From: the human T2T-CHM13v2.0 reference genome, Homo sapiens
Assembly: GCF_009914755.1 (NCBI RefSeq)
Contig: NC_060935.1
Length of the DNA stretch: 64,000 nt
Strand: one strand, 5' to 3'
Shown here: in pieces, positions 43,331 to 56,927 of the stretch
Numbering within the stretch: position 1 is the first letter of the stretch
How the letters are laid out: each line of letters starts with the position of its first letter
Notes under the pieces: model-generated
What the model saw: only the letters and a program-made list of their open reading frames with translations
Told to the model about the DNA's origin: nothing
Databases searched by the model: none
Program-made: the position numbers and the translations under genes

Positions 43331-44705
43331 CTCTAACGCCATATAAGTGTTCCTGCAAAATCTATGCTGTACCAAAAATAATAAGGCAAATGGAGTAGAC
43401 AAGGTTGAGGAAGACACTAAAAACTTATGAACTATGTAACCAGAATACCAATAAAAATATTACTAATAAAAATGTTACCACAGTTAGCTTTCTTCTAGTT
43501 TTCATGGCTGTTAATCATTTGCTTCCTCATAATTTCCTAGACTTGTGCTTCCTCCTTTAAGATGTAAGTATTAGAAGGCATTTGCTTTTTAAAAAATTCA
43601 ATTTTCATCAAATTTTAAAATCGTATCCAGTCTGTAGGCTTCCTAATCCATTGTTTTATATAACTAGAAATATCTTCTTAGTGTCTTTATCCATGCCTGC
43701 TCCAGATAGCTTAACTGAATGAAAATTACTGAAGGTCCCTAAAGCTACTAAATGAGGCTTTTTTTCCCAATAAAGAATAAACTTCTGCAGATTTTCAGCT
43801 TTTTTTCCAAAATGTTTTCATATATCTTTAAAGCTTTCTCATTAATTATAAGAAATCTTGCCCTAATTGCTTTAAAACAATGTGCTGAGAAAAATTGTGT
43901 ATGAATCCATGCAATTTCCATATTATACCAATGTACCAATATCATTCCTTTATTTACCAATTTTGTATGAAGTAATATACATAAAAGACTTGAGTCTCAT
44001 CAAGATTAATGCGAGTTAGCCTTTTATTTCATGCAATTGCATAGCATTTGGTTTGATATACTATTAGACATTGTGTAAGACTCTATTATGAAATAAATCA
44101 TCTCAAAATAACTTTTAAAAAAGCAAATCTGTTCATCTCTTCTGACTCAAAAGGCTGAAGGTGAATCCAAAGGTACTGCTAAATCCAAGTACTAAAATGC
44201 TGTAGTAGAAATATTTCTATATCTTGGCTCTGCTTTTTATGCTTTTCTTTGTGTGTTGGTTTCATTCTCTTCAAACACAGACAGGCTTTCTTTATCTGGC
44301 AGTGGAGTTGGGTCCTGGCACCTCTCCTTGAGTTAGGAACCTAAGACTTTGAACCCCTCTGTAGGCAGGGAAATGGTGTGCTATGACTGGCCACGACTGG
44401 CCAGGTCCGGGTCACGTGGTTATGGCTGCAGCAAGAGGGCAGGCAGAATACTGTGACTGACATCATCCCAGAGCCTCAAGGGATGTGGGTGAGTGGAGGT
44501 GGCTCCTATGAGTGAGGGAAACTGGGTAGACACCAACAGCAGCTTACCTCTACCTACGTACCAACACTTGAGCACTGAACAAGTACTGAGTACGAAAGAA
44601 GATTTGCTGAAATTTGGAGTTACAAGACCCTTAGAAAATGCCAACCAGAAAATGAAAGTTAAGTGATTCTGCTCAAGGTCAATGTAAAATTATTAAAAAT
44701 GCTAA

Positions 44706-45833
44706 TGATATGGGCAGGAGGCGAGGAAATACTAGGTAGAAGAGGGCAGTTCCCTGGCAAAGGCCCCACCCTCAAGCCTGGAAACCCATGGACCTAAATG
44801 GGAACAGGCATCCCTGTTTTCACACCCAAATGTTGCCTTTTCTAAGACCACTCTGGCCTGCCATGCCCCTATTCTGTGCCCACATAAACCCCAAGCTCCA
44901 CGAGCAGAGGAACAGAAGAGTAGCAGAACGACAGAGCAGCAGAGTGGCATGGCATAGAAGAAGAGAAGAGAAGGAGCGTCTGAACATCAACAGGAGTTCA
45001 GCTGGGGACAGTCAGAGAGGAGATCGGCTGTGGGGCAGCCAAACTCTGGGGGAATATCACCTTCCCATTCCATCCTCTTTCCAGCTCCCCATCCATCCCA
45101 CTGAGAGCTACTTCTATCACCCAATAAAATCCCTGCACTCACCATCCTTCAAGTCTGAGTGACCTGAATCTTCCTGGACGCTGGATGATATGGTTTGGCT
45201 CTGTGTCCCCACTCAAATCTCATCTTGTAGCTCCCATAATTCCGTGTTGTGGGAGGGACCTGGTGGGAGATAATTGAATCATGGGGGCGGGTCTTTCCTC
45301 TGCTGTTCTCATGATAGTAAGTCTCACAACATCAGATGGCTTTAAAAATGGGAGTTTGCCTGCACAAGTTCTCTCCTCTTGCCTGCTGCCATGTGAGATA
45401 CGCTTTTCACCTTCTGCCATGATTGTGAAGCCTGCCCAGCTACGTGGAACTATGAGTCCAATAAGCCTCTTTCTTTTGTAAATTGCCTGGTCTCCGGTAT
45501 GTCTTATCAGCAGTGTGAAAACAGACTAATACACCGGACAAGGATCCAGGTACCAAGAGGGCAGGGTGTAAAAGGCTGTCACCCTGACTCTCTACTGAGC
45601 TGGTTTAACACTTAGCCGTCCACAAATGGCAACTGCTAAAAGAGCATTAATTGTAACACACCCCTAAACGCTACTGGGGCTGGAGCCCAAAAGCACTCGC
45701 CCCGCCCCAGCTCTTGCCCCCGCCCATCCGTGTGCTCGCCCTCCCGAAAGGAGTTCGAGCCTGTAGTGGCTGAGCACATGAGCGACACCTCTGTCATAAG
45801 TCCTGTGAGGGATCAGGGAACTCTCCCGTTTCA
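44706..45833 (+). mobile_element. MER50-like ERV1 solo LTR
   Basis: tgatatgggcaggagg...aaaggccccaccctcaagcctgg...gggaactctcccgtttca; 4-bp TSD ctaa/ctaa. Confidence 0.82.
45186..45533 (+). mobile_element. THE1 solo LTR nested in MER50
   Basis: tgatatggtttggctctgtgtcccc...acagactaataca; 5-bp TSD ctgga/ccgga. Confidence 0.92.
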
Positions 45834-46942
45834 CTAACATATGCTGAGAAAATGGGTGTCAGGTGAGAAAGTCTAAGCTTAAGACAGAAGATTAAAACAA
45901 CAAAAGATGTATGTTTAAAGAATAAAAAGGAAGAGAAGAAAAAGGCAAAGAAGAAGGTTATAAGGCAACAAATAAAATCTCTCAAATTAAGAATAAATGG
46001 ACAGAAGGAATTGAAGGGAAGAAAAACTAGAAGGAAAACCTCAGTCCTAGCGTGTGAAAGCATTAACAAGGATTATGAGTGATAATAGACATGTATTATT
46101 TTAGATTTGGCTTATTGTAGAGTTTTTTTTATTTCATATTGGAACTATAGATGATTCATTTCTTAAATAAATAGGAAAAATGCCTGAACAATATGTGAAT
46201 GGCATTGAATTATTGAAGATTAAGGCTTATAGTTAAGGCTTATACTTAAAAATCACATTGATTGGAAAGCTTGATGAGTCAGAATCAAGCAATGGTAAAT
46301 GGCTAAATGGTAACAATTTTTACCAAGTTACTATGGGCCAAAGTAATATCCTTCAAAGTGCCAGCTGTCACAACATAGCAAGATTTTTAAACAATGTCAT
46401 TCTTGGCTGCAAAGGGAGCCAGCCACTTGAAGTAGAAGTTCAGTTTTGCTTTCTGGATAAAAAGAGGTAAGGAGAAAATCAGAATAAAGTTCTGAAATTT
46501 AGGAAGATAAAGGAAGGAAGTCTTTTTCAGAGTGTTTCTATAAATGGCACACATTGATTGCTGATATGACATTGATGAATGTTGATCAAAATGACTTAAT
46601 TCATTCTATTGTGTGATAAGAGCACTAGAGATGTCATACAATTAAATTAACTGCAATAATTGCTAAAAACAAGGAGATTTAAAGAGCAGAATTATACCTG
46701 AAATCCTATAAATGGCTTTGAAAGTGCCTTTGGAAAGTGTCACTTACGTGCAAAGCCTTTAGAGGTTTTAATTTAAAGCAGAATCAACACATTTTTAAGC
46801 TACACTAAACAGGGGTCATCACTGTCTTCATATCTGTGAAAGACTGCTACAACAAAGCGGAAAGAGCAGAAATGTGCAGGCTTATCGGTTTAAGTTCATT
46901 CCTAAAAATCGTAGAGGGAGATAGAGAAATAATTGCTTCTTT

Positions 46943-47529
46943 GATAACATCCTAACGTTCTTTTTTTTTTTTTTTTCTAGGATGGCTGGGCAGGGTTCTG
47001 CAACACAGCAGAAACCCCAGGCTTCCCAAGACCCAGGATCAGAACTGTATAATGTCACTTCTGCCTCACTTTGTTGGACAAAGTATGTCACAAGATCATC
47101 TCAGTGGTGGTAAAATTATTATTATTATTATTATTTTAAGGCAGAGTCTCACTTTGTCACCCAGGCTGGAGTGCAGTGGTGTGATCTCGGCTGCTCACTA
47201 CAACCTCCGCCTCCCATGTTAAGCGACTCTCATGCCTCAACCTTACCCATGTTAAGCGACTCTCATGCCTCAACCTTACCAAGTAGCTGGGATTACAGGT
47301 GCATGCCACCACAGCTGGCTAAATTTTGTATTTTTTTTTTCATACTTTAAGTTCTGGGGTACATGTGCACAACAAGCAGGTTTGTTACAGATGTACACAT
47401 GTGCCATGTTGGTGTGCTGCACCCATTAACTTGTCATTTACATTAGGTATATCTCCTAATGCTATCCCTCCCCCCTCCCCCCACCCCACGACAGGCCCCG
47501 GTGTGTGATGGATAACATCCTAATATTCT
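46943..47529 (-). mobile_element. Composite L1 insertion: L1PA 3' end (47331-47510) + Alu right arm (47116-47330) + about 140 bp other DNA + poly(A); probable 3' transduction
   Basis: TSD gataacatcctaacgttct (46943) / gataacatcctaatattct (47511); T16 at 46961-46976. Confidence 0.8.
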
Positions 47530-49613
47530 AACATGGTGATGTTAATCACCTCTATGCATATTGTTAAAATATGTATGCAGTTTTACTAAAATGTTAGAGA
47601 GAATATGCCTGAAATTTATATAAGGAATAAAAACAGATAAATCAACCTGAAAATGTCCCTATGTTTATTATCTTGAGTAATTTCAAAATGCATGAATAAA
47701 ATGCATAGATGTGCATTTGCTGAGAGGGATTCATTCATCCAGGTTGAGAAAATGCCATACAATTTAGAGCCAAAGGCCTAGGACAAATTCCCAGCTCTCC
47801 TGCTCACAGGTCTTGAGCAAGTTAACCTTTCTGAACCTGTGTCTCATTGTTAACATGAGGGTTTATTCAAAAAGCAAGTATTTTTTGATTGTCTGCTACA
47901 CGTAGGCACAGGGCTATGGAAATAGATAGGACATGGCCCTGTCTCACTAGAAGCTTATGTTTTTTGGTGGATGGTGATAACACTGACATCAGGATTGCTG
48001 ACAAGATGACTAGAAGGGTGAAACTGCTTGCTAAACTATAATATTTCATGCAATTATTAAACACAGTTAATGTATAAAGTGATTCATAGTTTGCTACTGG
48101 GAAGACTTACACAAATTAAAGACATTTAGTAAAGAGATATCAGAGAAGCTCAACAAGATTTTATAATCCTACTCTTCCCAATTCCTTCCTTTAAGATGTA
48201 ATACATTACTGATTTATTTATTAACCACCCCATCCATTATTAACCACCCCTTCTATTCTGTCCCAAACAGGAATTTAAGACTTTCTCAGTCCTACTCCAT
48301 TAACAACAATAACCAATTATGCCCCATAACATAAAAGTTAACATGGCATTCATTCTTCTTAGGCTCAATTCTCTTACAATGGAATTTGGAGGAGGTTACA
48401 TAGACACTTCTTTTTACTCCTCAATCCCATTTAATATTGCTGGAGAACCAAGAGTCATTCATTCAACATTTATTGATATTTACTTGCTAACGAAGGTTTA
48501 CAGTAATATCCCTTGAGGGATAAAGATTTCCTACCCAGCCATGGGCAGAAATATTCAGCACCCTGAGGATGCCTACTCCATTCTCTTGCCTGTTGGAACC
48601 TTCTTGGGGTGTCCTTTAGATCATTTATATCAAACAGATAAGCTTACAGATGGTCATCAAGGCTTTGACTAGGAGCATTTGACACCAACACAGCACAACT
48701 TACTGTTTCATAAGTTTACTCCTTACACTAATGTAGTTTTTTTTGGTGGGGGTGGTGTCTAGGGTATTTTGCTTTTCACCCAGTTTTTATCAAACAATGC
48801 AAGCCTAAATGAGCATAAGATTATACACATATAACACTTTTATGTTTAGAGCATGGGAAAGACATGTTTATTAACAGAAAAGTTTAACCATGCATGAGTA
48901 AAGAGAACAGATCCTAACTGTCTAGTGGGTTCCAATCACAATGTATTGAGTTATTTTAAAGTTAACCTAAAGGGATTGTATACCAGGAAAATAGTACTTT
49001 TCCTTTGCTTGTATTAAAAGCAATAGATGCAATTAAACCTGAAACTGACAATGAACAATTGTGAAACCAATGGAAAAATTTGCAGATGATTTAAAACACA
49101 TTGTTCAAGATAAAAGGCTGGTGATGACTTGATCAACATCCTCAAAAGAAACAAAACATGATTATTTGAGGACATGGATAAACACTACTGAATAAATGAA
49201 ATAATCTTAAGTTCACAAATCACATATACAGCACTATATTTGATGGGTTATTTTAAAGGATTTTTTATGATAATTTTGACTACTGGAAATTTTTACTTAA
49301 CTTTCAAAGCTCTACTGTATATATATATATAAATTTTCCTGGTTTCATCTCCAAAGATGTGGTCCTTATTGCAATAATGAAGTAGGAAAAGTAAAAGGTA
49401 CTTACTAAAAGTATGAATAAAATAGTAGAACATATTAAAATTTGTTAGAACCCTAAGTCCCTAATACTCATATCAGAAGCCAAATATACTTTAAGAGCAT
49501 ATTTGTGTTTATAACTTAAGACCACAAAAGAATACCCATTTCAGTGATTGTTATCCAAAACTTGATGATTCAGTGCTTATAAATTACAGATCAGTGAAAT
49601 GGAAACCAAAATC

Positions 49614-49922
<309 letters not shown>

Positions 49923-51043
49923 TTGTAGTCCTGCTTTAAAGAAACTTGGTGGGAGAATTCAAATTGCCTCTTGAATAGTGATGTCAACATTATTAGTTCC
50001 ACATCTGACCATCTTGACTAGAACTGCTGATGAGACATGGCAAAATTTTCTCAAAAGGGAGGTATTTGAACAAATTGAGATATAAAATGAAACACTCCTT
50101 AAGATTATGACTTTACCTTTCGGATTTTGGGACATTCTCTAGGGAACTATGTTATTTTGAAGTATCTCTCACAAGAAAGTTGGGTGGGACCAAAAGCCTC
50201 TAGAATCATTTGAGAAACAAATGATAGTCCCTTATTCAATCTGAGAGTGAATGGCATGTCCTGCACTTAATGAAATAAAAAATGTGTTTGATCTAGATCT
50301 CTTACCAGTTTAATCCTGCATTCATAACCAAATTTTCCTCTTATTTAAAGAAGCTGGAATAACTGAGAGAACAACAATCACAAGGGCATGTGAAGAAGAA
50401 TGCCTGCTTCCCCCTCCCTCATTCACTGAACACCTATGTGGCAGGCACTGAGGATTAGCTCCCAGCCTGGATTTGTATTCATCTTTGGACCTTGGCTCCT
50501 AGCAGTCACACAGGAGGGATCATATTCTTAAAAAAAAAAGGATATTAACTAGGGGATACAGCTTTCCACCAGCTGTTCCCCTACCTCTAAAGCAGGTTTT
50601 GCAATCTTTTCTGCACTCCCAGGAAAGAAATATACAACTGGAGATGTGCTGCTGCTGCTGTATAGTTTAAATGGTTTACCTGCATGACAATTACTTTGAA
50701 GATAGCTAGGTGAGGGGTTTTTAGGAAAGGAAGTTTATATTTTGAGTGCATACATAGTATATGACAGGTACTGTGTTAAGAAGTTTACCTATTTTCTCTT
50801 ATTTAAATTCTACATATTTATTATTCCTATCTGAGCCTCAATTTTCTCATCTAAGAAAATAGGTACAATATCTATCTCAAAAGACTATTATGAGGATTAA
50901 AAGGGATTTTAAAAAACACTAATATTTATTGAACATCTACACTGGATTAAGCATTGTGGTTTGTTCCTCCACATACTTTATCTTATTCATTAGCTGCATT
51001 TTAAAATGAGGAAAATGAAATTAACCAGAGGTGGCTAAAACTA

Positions 51044-51400
<357 letters not shown>

Positions 51401-52075
51401 ACCCAGATACAGGCAAGGTTGCAGGGAAAAGGGAACCCTTACATAGTGTTGGTAGGAGTGCAAATTAGTTCAAACATTGTGGAAAGCAGTATGGCAATTC
51501 CTCAAAGAGCTAAAAGCAGAACAACCATTTGACCCAGCAATCCTATTATTACTGGGTATATACCTGAAGGAATATAAAGCATTCTACCATAACGACACAT
51601 GCACACAAATGTTCACTGCAGCACTATTCACAAGAGTAAAGACACGGAATCAACCTAAATGCCCATCAGTGACAGAATGGATAAGGAAAATATGGTACAT
51701 ATACACCATGGAATATTATGCAGCCATAGAAAAGAACAAGATTATGTCTTTTGCGGGAACATGGATGGAGCTGGAGGCTATTATTCTTAGCAAACTAACA
51801 CAGTAACAGAAAACCAAATACTGCATGTTCTCACTTCTAAGTGGGAGCTAAATGGCAATAACTTATGACTACAAAGAAGGAAACAACAGACACTGGGGTC
51901 TACTTGATGGCGGAGGGTGGGAGGAGGAAGAAGAGCATAAAGGATAACTATTGGATACTGAACTTAATACCCGGGTGATGTAATAATATGTACAACAAAC
52001 CCCTGTGACATGTGTTTGTCTATGTAACAAACCTTCATGTGGGCCCCCAAACCTAAAATTTAAAACAATTTTAAA
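51401..52075 (+). mobile_element. L1PA/L1PB 3' end
   Basis: ORF track peptide WQFLKELKAEQPFDPAI...SFAGTWMELEAIILSKLTQ is the L1 ORF2p C-terminus. Confidence 0.93.
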
Positions 52076-52290
52076 GAAAGGACTTTCTGATTACATCATC
52101 GGTTTGATCAAGATTTGTTTGGTTAAGGGAATTTGAGTTGATACCACCTGACCTGAATTTCACAACTGATCCCAATATAAAATGAGTGTCCTGTTGTAGA
52201 CCACAGGGAAACACTAAAGCTAATAGGGGAAATCTATAAAATTATTTTGACATTAACATTGAGGGATAAATTTGGACTTAATGTTTCATA

Positions 52291-52296
52291 TTTATT
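52291..52296 (-). terminator. APIP: APIP distal polyadenylation signal AATAAA
   Basis: tttatt on + strand about 400 nt after the stop codon, just before repeat-rich DNA begins. Confidence 0.65.
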
Positions 52297-52359
52297 TTCT
52301 GACACCAACATTAAAACAAGAGAATGCTCATTCCACAATGAGGAAATTTTCTAATGAAT

Positions 52360-52365
52360 TTTATT
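52360..52365 (-). terminator. APIP: APIP proximal polyadenylation signal AATAAA
   Basis: tttatt on + strand; followed on the minus strand by GT-rich sequence (ttgttttaatgttggtgt). Confidence 0.55.
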
Positions 52366-52692
52366 ATCACCAGCATCTTTAAAAATTAAGAGGAATTCTC
52401 TGAGAGTATATATAAAAAAGAAATTAAAGGCAAATATTTTGCTGTTAAGGATTTAAAAATAAACAGAAACATAGAGTATAAAATTTTCATTTCACTGTGC
52501 CCTCATTTAAAATTATAAGAATATAAGCAAATAACATCCAATGTCAGAAGAGATTCAGGGTGACCATTTGCAGTATTTAGTGGCAAATTAGTAGCATCAT
52601 GAAAAATTTCAATTCATTTAAAAAAATAGCTTTCATTTAAATAATAATTACGTTTAGCTTTATCTCTGTATATAATTAGACTTTCTTTTGGC

Positions 52693-52792
52693 TTAGACAA
52701 TTCCATTTTCTCCAACTGGGAGCTGTGAAGGATCAAGTCCTACTTTCTTCATTGATACGGCAATATCAAATAAATAGTCATAACACTCACAC
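52693..52792 (-). CDS. APIP: APIP last coding exon (exon 7): (M)CECYDYLFDIAVSMKKVGLDPSQLPVGENGIV*
   Basis: Acceptor tttttcttttacAG at 52793-52794; 100 nt; TAA at 52693-52695; phase matches the previous exon. Confidence 0.97.
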
Positions 52793-53312
52793 CTGTAAAA
52801 GAAAAAGCAAAAAGAACCAGTGTTTATCGAAACAGAGTTCTCCAATCCTAAAGAATCACATTTCTCCTCTCTTGCAGTTAACTCTGCTTTGTTCCTAGTA
52901 TGTATTTTCTCTCAATTCTAGGCCAAAATTCTATTTTGCCCTCAACATTTTTAAAACACAGAAAGGAATCATATTAAGTCATGCAACAATATTACATACC
53001 TCTCAGGAAATAAAAGAGAGTTTAAAATATACTGCCTACATAAATTTACATTTTTTTTAAACTAGATGTCACTTTCTGAAATAGAACTTTTGTAACTTGG
53101 GATCTGTGTCTTCTTCCTCTATCAACATTCCTAGAGCCTTGCCAAACAACAGCTCATCCAATCAATACTTCTTCATGAATGGATACATAATAAAAATAAA
53201 GTATCTACAAATAATGATAAACAATTTAAATTTAAACCAACTGACATACTTTGTTTTCCTTCACATTTAGCGGGTGGTAACTTGTTCCCCATGTTCTCTG
53301 ATTTACACTCAC

Positions 53313-53480
53313 ATGGTTTTGGCCTTCTCCCATGTTTCCCCCCACACATATACTCCATGACGTCTGACCAGTACTGCACAGGAGTCTGGGTATTCATTCA
53401 TTGCATGAGCCATTCTATCTTTGAGGTCTTTCTCCTCAGGTGTATTCTCAATAATGGGTACCACTAACATATCATCATAT
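53313..53480 (-). CDS. APIP: APIP exon 6: (R)[55 protein letters not shown](M)
   Basis: 168 nt; acceptor ttttgtcttacAG, donor GTGAGT; contains the class II aldolase/MtnB motif [12 protein letters not shown] with the third Zn-binding His. Confidence 0.98.
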
Positions 53481-54418
53481 CTGTAAGACAAAACAAGCCA
53501 TTTTTTTCCATTAAAACAAATCAAGCATTGATATGTATACAACATGTAATTTTTTCAAGTAACCAGTTAGACACGCTGTTTGTGTCTGAAAAGCCACTCC
53601 AAATTATGAACAGGATGTTGCGTGTTATTCTGTGTACCTTGTATAAACATCTCTATCAAAAGGTACCTTGGGAATGTGGCAGGCTTGGTCTAATCCTAAG
53701 CCTAAGTGGTGGAAATTTGTAAAATATACCAAAACCTAACAAAGAAATCATCAAGATCATATAAATGTTTCCTTGAAGCAGGGACAATCATAATATTTAT
53801 ACAAGGAGATGGCAAATGATATATTTCAGAATCAGAAGCATAGAAAAGATTAAAAATTGAATTATATATTAAGAATTTCCCAATTAATACAAAATCACTG
53901 TATTTCATTTCTGCAGAATCCCAAAGTATCTGAGATAGGCAAATCAAAAAACACAAGCATGGTTTGTGGCACTAGGACAGCAAGAATGTTCTGGAGATAA
54001 CTCTTAAAGGTACGACGCTTTCAGAACATTCTCAAATCTGTAGCATTAGAACTTCTTTTACTTCCACTGTCCTCTCAGGAAATACATGTGATGAAATCAG
54101 AATGTAATATTTAAACACATAATTGTCACTGGCAAAATTAAGTCTATTCTTGCAAAAACTCAGATAAGCTTTCCTTTTTACATGAATTTCTCTTGTTTTG
54201 TTAATGTAACATCTGCTTTTTCACTACTTCTATAGTGCTAAAAACTTAAAAAAAAAAGTTCTAGCTAAAGTATTCTGCAATTGCTACTGTAGGGCAAGCA
54301 CAGACTAAGTAGTCATCATGTGACTGATAACTTGGCCAACCATTATCATTAAGAGTATAGAGTTGCCCATCACTTCACTTAAGTAAAACAGAGGTAATTA
54401 TAGACTATCCTTAACTAT

Positions 54419-54716
54419 GGCTAGGTGCATTGGCTCATAGCTATAATCCCAGCACTTTGGGAAGCCAAGGCAGATGGACTGTTTGAGCTCATGAATTTAA
54501 AACCAGCCTGGCCAACATGGTGAAACCCCATCTGTACAAAAAATACAAAAATCAGCCAGGTATGGTGGTGCATGCCTGTAGTCCCACCTACTCGGAAGAC
54601 TGAGGTGAGAGAATGGCTTGAGCCTGGGAGGCGGAGGTTGCATAAGACAAGATCGAGACACTACACTCTAGCCTTGGCGACAGAGCCAGACTTAGTCTCA
54701 AAAAAAAAAGAAAAAA
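54419..54716 (+). mobile_element. Alu (AluJ/old AluS), antisense to APIP in intron 5
   Basis: Full Alu; TSD-like tatccttaacta / tatccttaaata. Confidence 0.93.
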
Positions 54717-55009
54717 GTATCCTTAAATATTGAAGGAATGAATTGCTAGTCTCAAATCTTTCCTAATATTGGCCGAGAGAACCATAAACATATTTTTCTC
54801 TAGCATGCACTCAATAGTCAGAAATATTTTCAGGAGCAAAATAATTTCACAGCAAAGTAAGAACTGAAAGCGAATTCAAGCCAGTCCTCCCACTTTACAA
54901 ACATGACACTGATCCAGACAAGTTAAATGAGAAAGAGAGCCAGGATAGCCCTTTGACCCTCAAAGAGTATTGTTTTCACTGTACCATAGAGACATTGCTT
55001 CTGAAAGGG

Positions 55010-55306
55010 AGTACAATTATAATATAAAGTTATGTATATGTATACATTATACAACTATAATATATGTATACATAGTATACATGTATATTATATATATTAT
55101 ATATACCTATATAATGTATACCTATATATGTATAGGTATACATGTATAACTATATATGTATATATATACCTATATAACTATATATGTATATTATATATGT
55201 ATAGTTATACATGTATATATAACTATACATATATAGGTGTATATATATACATATAACTATACATATAAAGGTATATATATACACATATATAGGTATATAC
55301 ATATAC
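55010..55306. repeat. (TA)-rich low-complexity tract
   Basis: Degenerate TATA/TACA/TATG repeats read directly. Confidence 0.93.
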
Positions 55307-56927
55307 ATCAATGTCAGACCACAGATATGATGGTGGTCCTATAAGATTATAATGGAGCTGAAAAACTCCATTATACCTGCACAGACCTGGTGGACTGAAC
55401 AAAGGGGGCGAACGTGGGAATAAAAGATAAAAACAAGAGAGTACGTTTGGAAGAAGAGGTCGGGGGCACCTTGCCTCTAGTGGACAAGGGCCCCGAGCTG
55501 TACACAGCCCTCCGTATTTATTGGTAAAAGAGATAACGAGAAATGGGGGGCAATTGTCGGGCAATTGTCAGTCGGCCACTTTGGTTCACAGCAGGCTTGC
55601 AAGACTGCATCCTTTGAACAATAGGCTCTAGATTTCTCAATGGATAACTTCAAGGAGCCCGGTGCCAGGGAGTGATGTCCCTCAGCAAACCTTTTGGTGG
55701 CAGGCGCAGTGTGAGTTTGCTCACATCCTGCATTCATGATAAACAGTTTGCTGTTTGATCATATAGCCTCCAGTGGAATGCTGAGTTGATCACGATCCCT
55801 TTGGCCTTTTTGGCTCTCAACAACTCCTATCGCCTAATGACCGCATAGCTGTCATAGGGTCACAGCACAACATATTATGCAAATGTCTGTGGTGATGCTG
55901 GTGTAAACAAACCTACTGTGCTGCTAGCTGTATAAAAGTACAGCACATACAATTATTACAGTATGTAATACGTGATGATAATGACTATGTTAGTAGTTTA
56001 TGTATTTATTACTCTATAATTTTAAAACACTATTTTAGGGTGTACTCCTTCTACTTATATGGTTTTTAAAAAGTTAACTGTAAAGCAGCCTCGGGCAGGT
56101 CCTTCAGGAGGTATTCCGGAAGAAGGCACTGTTAGTTATCACAGGAGATGACAGCTCCATGCATGTTACTTGCCCCTGAAGACCTTCCACTGAGACAAGG
56201 TGTGGAGGTGGAAGGCAGTGATATTGATGACCCTGACCCTGTGTACTCCTAGGCTAATATATGTGTTTGTGTCTCAGATTTTAACAAAAAAAATTTAAAA
56301 AGTTAAAAAAAATTAAAATAGAAAAAAGCTTATAGAATAAAGATATAAAGAAAATATTTTTGTATAGCTGTACAATGTGTGTTTTAAGGTACTATTACAA
56401 GAGTCCAAAAGTTAAAAAAAAAAAGTAAAAGCTTGATAAACTAAAAAAGTTACAGTAAGCTGAGGTTATTATTAAGAAATGTTTTCAATAAATTTCGTGT
56501 AGCCTAAACATACAATGCTTATAAAGTCTATAGTAGTGTAATGTCCTAGGCCTTCACATTTACTCACCACTCACTCACTTATTCACCCAGAACAACTTCC
56601 AGTTCTGCAAGCTCCGTTCATGGTCAGGGCCTTAGACAGGTGTGCCACTTTTTACCTTTTACATCATATTTTTTTTTTACCAAACCTTTTCTATGTTTAG
56701 ATACACAAATACCTACCATTGTGTTGCAATTGCCTACAGTACTTTGTACAGTAACCTGCTATGCAGGCTTGTAGCCTAGGAGCATTAGGCTATACCATAT
56801 ACCCTGGGTGTGCAGTAGGCTATACCATTTAGGTTTGTGTATGCACTCTGCTGTTCACACAATGATGAAATCACCTAGTGACACATTTCGCAGAACATAT
56901 CCCCATCCACAGTGACAAGTGACTGTA
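55307..56927. mobile_element. Tigger3-like DNA transposon interrupted by an LTR
   Basis: tggtggtcctataagattataatggagctgaaaaa...ggtgatgctggtgtaaacaaacctactg...cagaacatatcccc...tgactgta. Confidence 0.85.
55371..55822 (-). mobile_element. ERVK-class solo LTR, LTR3 (HML-6)-like, sense to APIP
   Basis: Minus strand begins tgttgagagccaaaaaggccaaagggatcgtgatcaactcagcattccactggagg; 6-bp TSD actcca/actcct; AATAAA at 55517-55522. Confidence 0.8.

Larger units (their letters stand above)
52270..52692 (-). other. APIP: APIP 3' UTR (3' end approximate)
   Basis: AT-rich unique sequence between the TAA stop and the AATAAA signals. Confidence 0.75.

Noticed and set aside
46220-48250. Short direct duplications (ttaaggcttata near 46220; attaaccaccc near 48220)
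   Set aside because: 10-13 bp slippage duplications are common and carry no evident function.
53309-53545. 78-aa ORF as a standalone gene or APIP pseudogene
   Set aside because: It is APIP exon 6 plus intronic extension; the splice sites and neighbouring exons show a normal intron-containing gene.
55032-55256. Tyr/Ile-rich ORF
   Set aside because: Translation of the TA-rich low-complexity tract.
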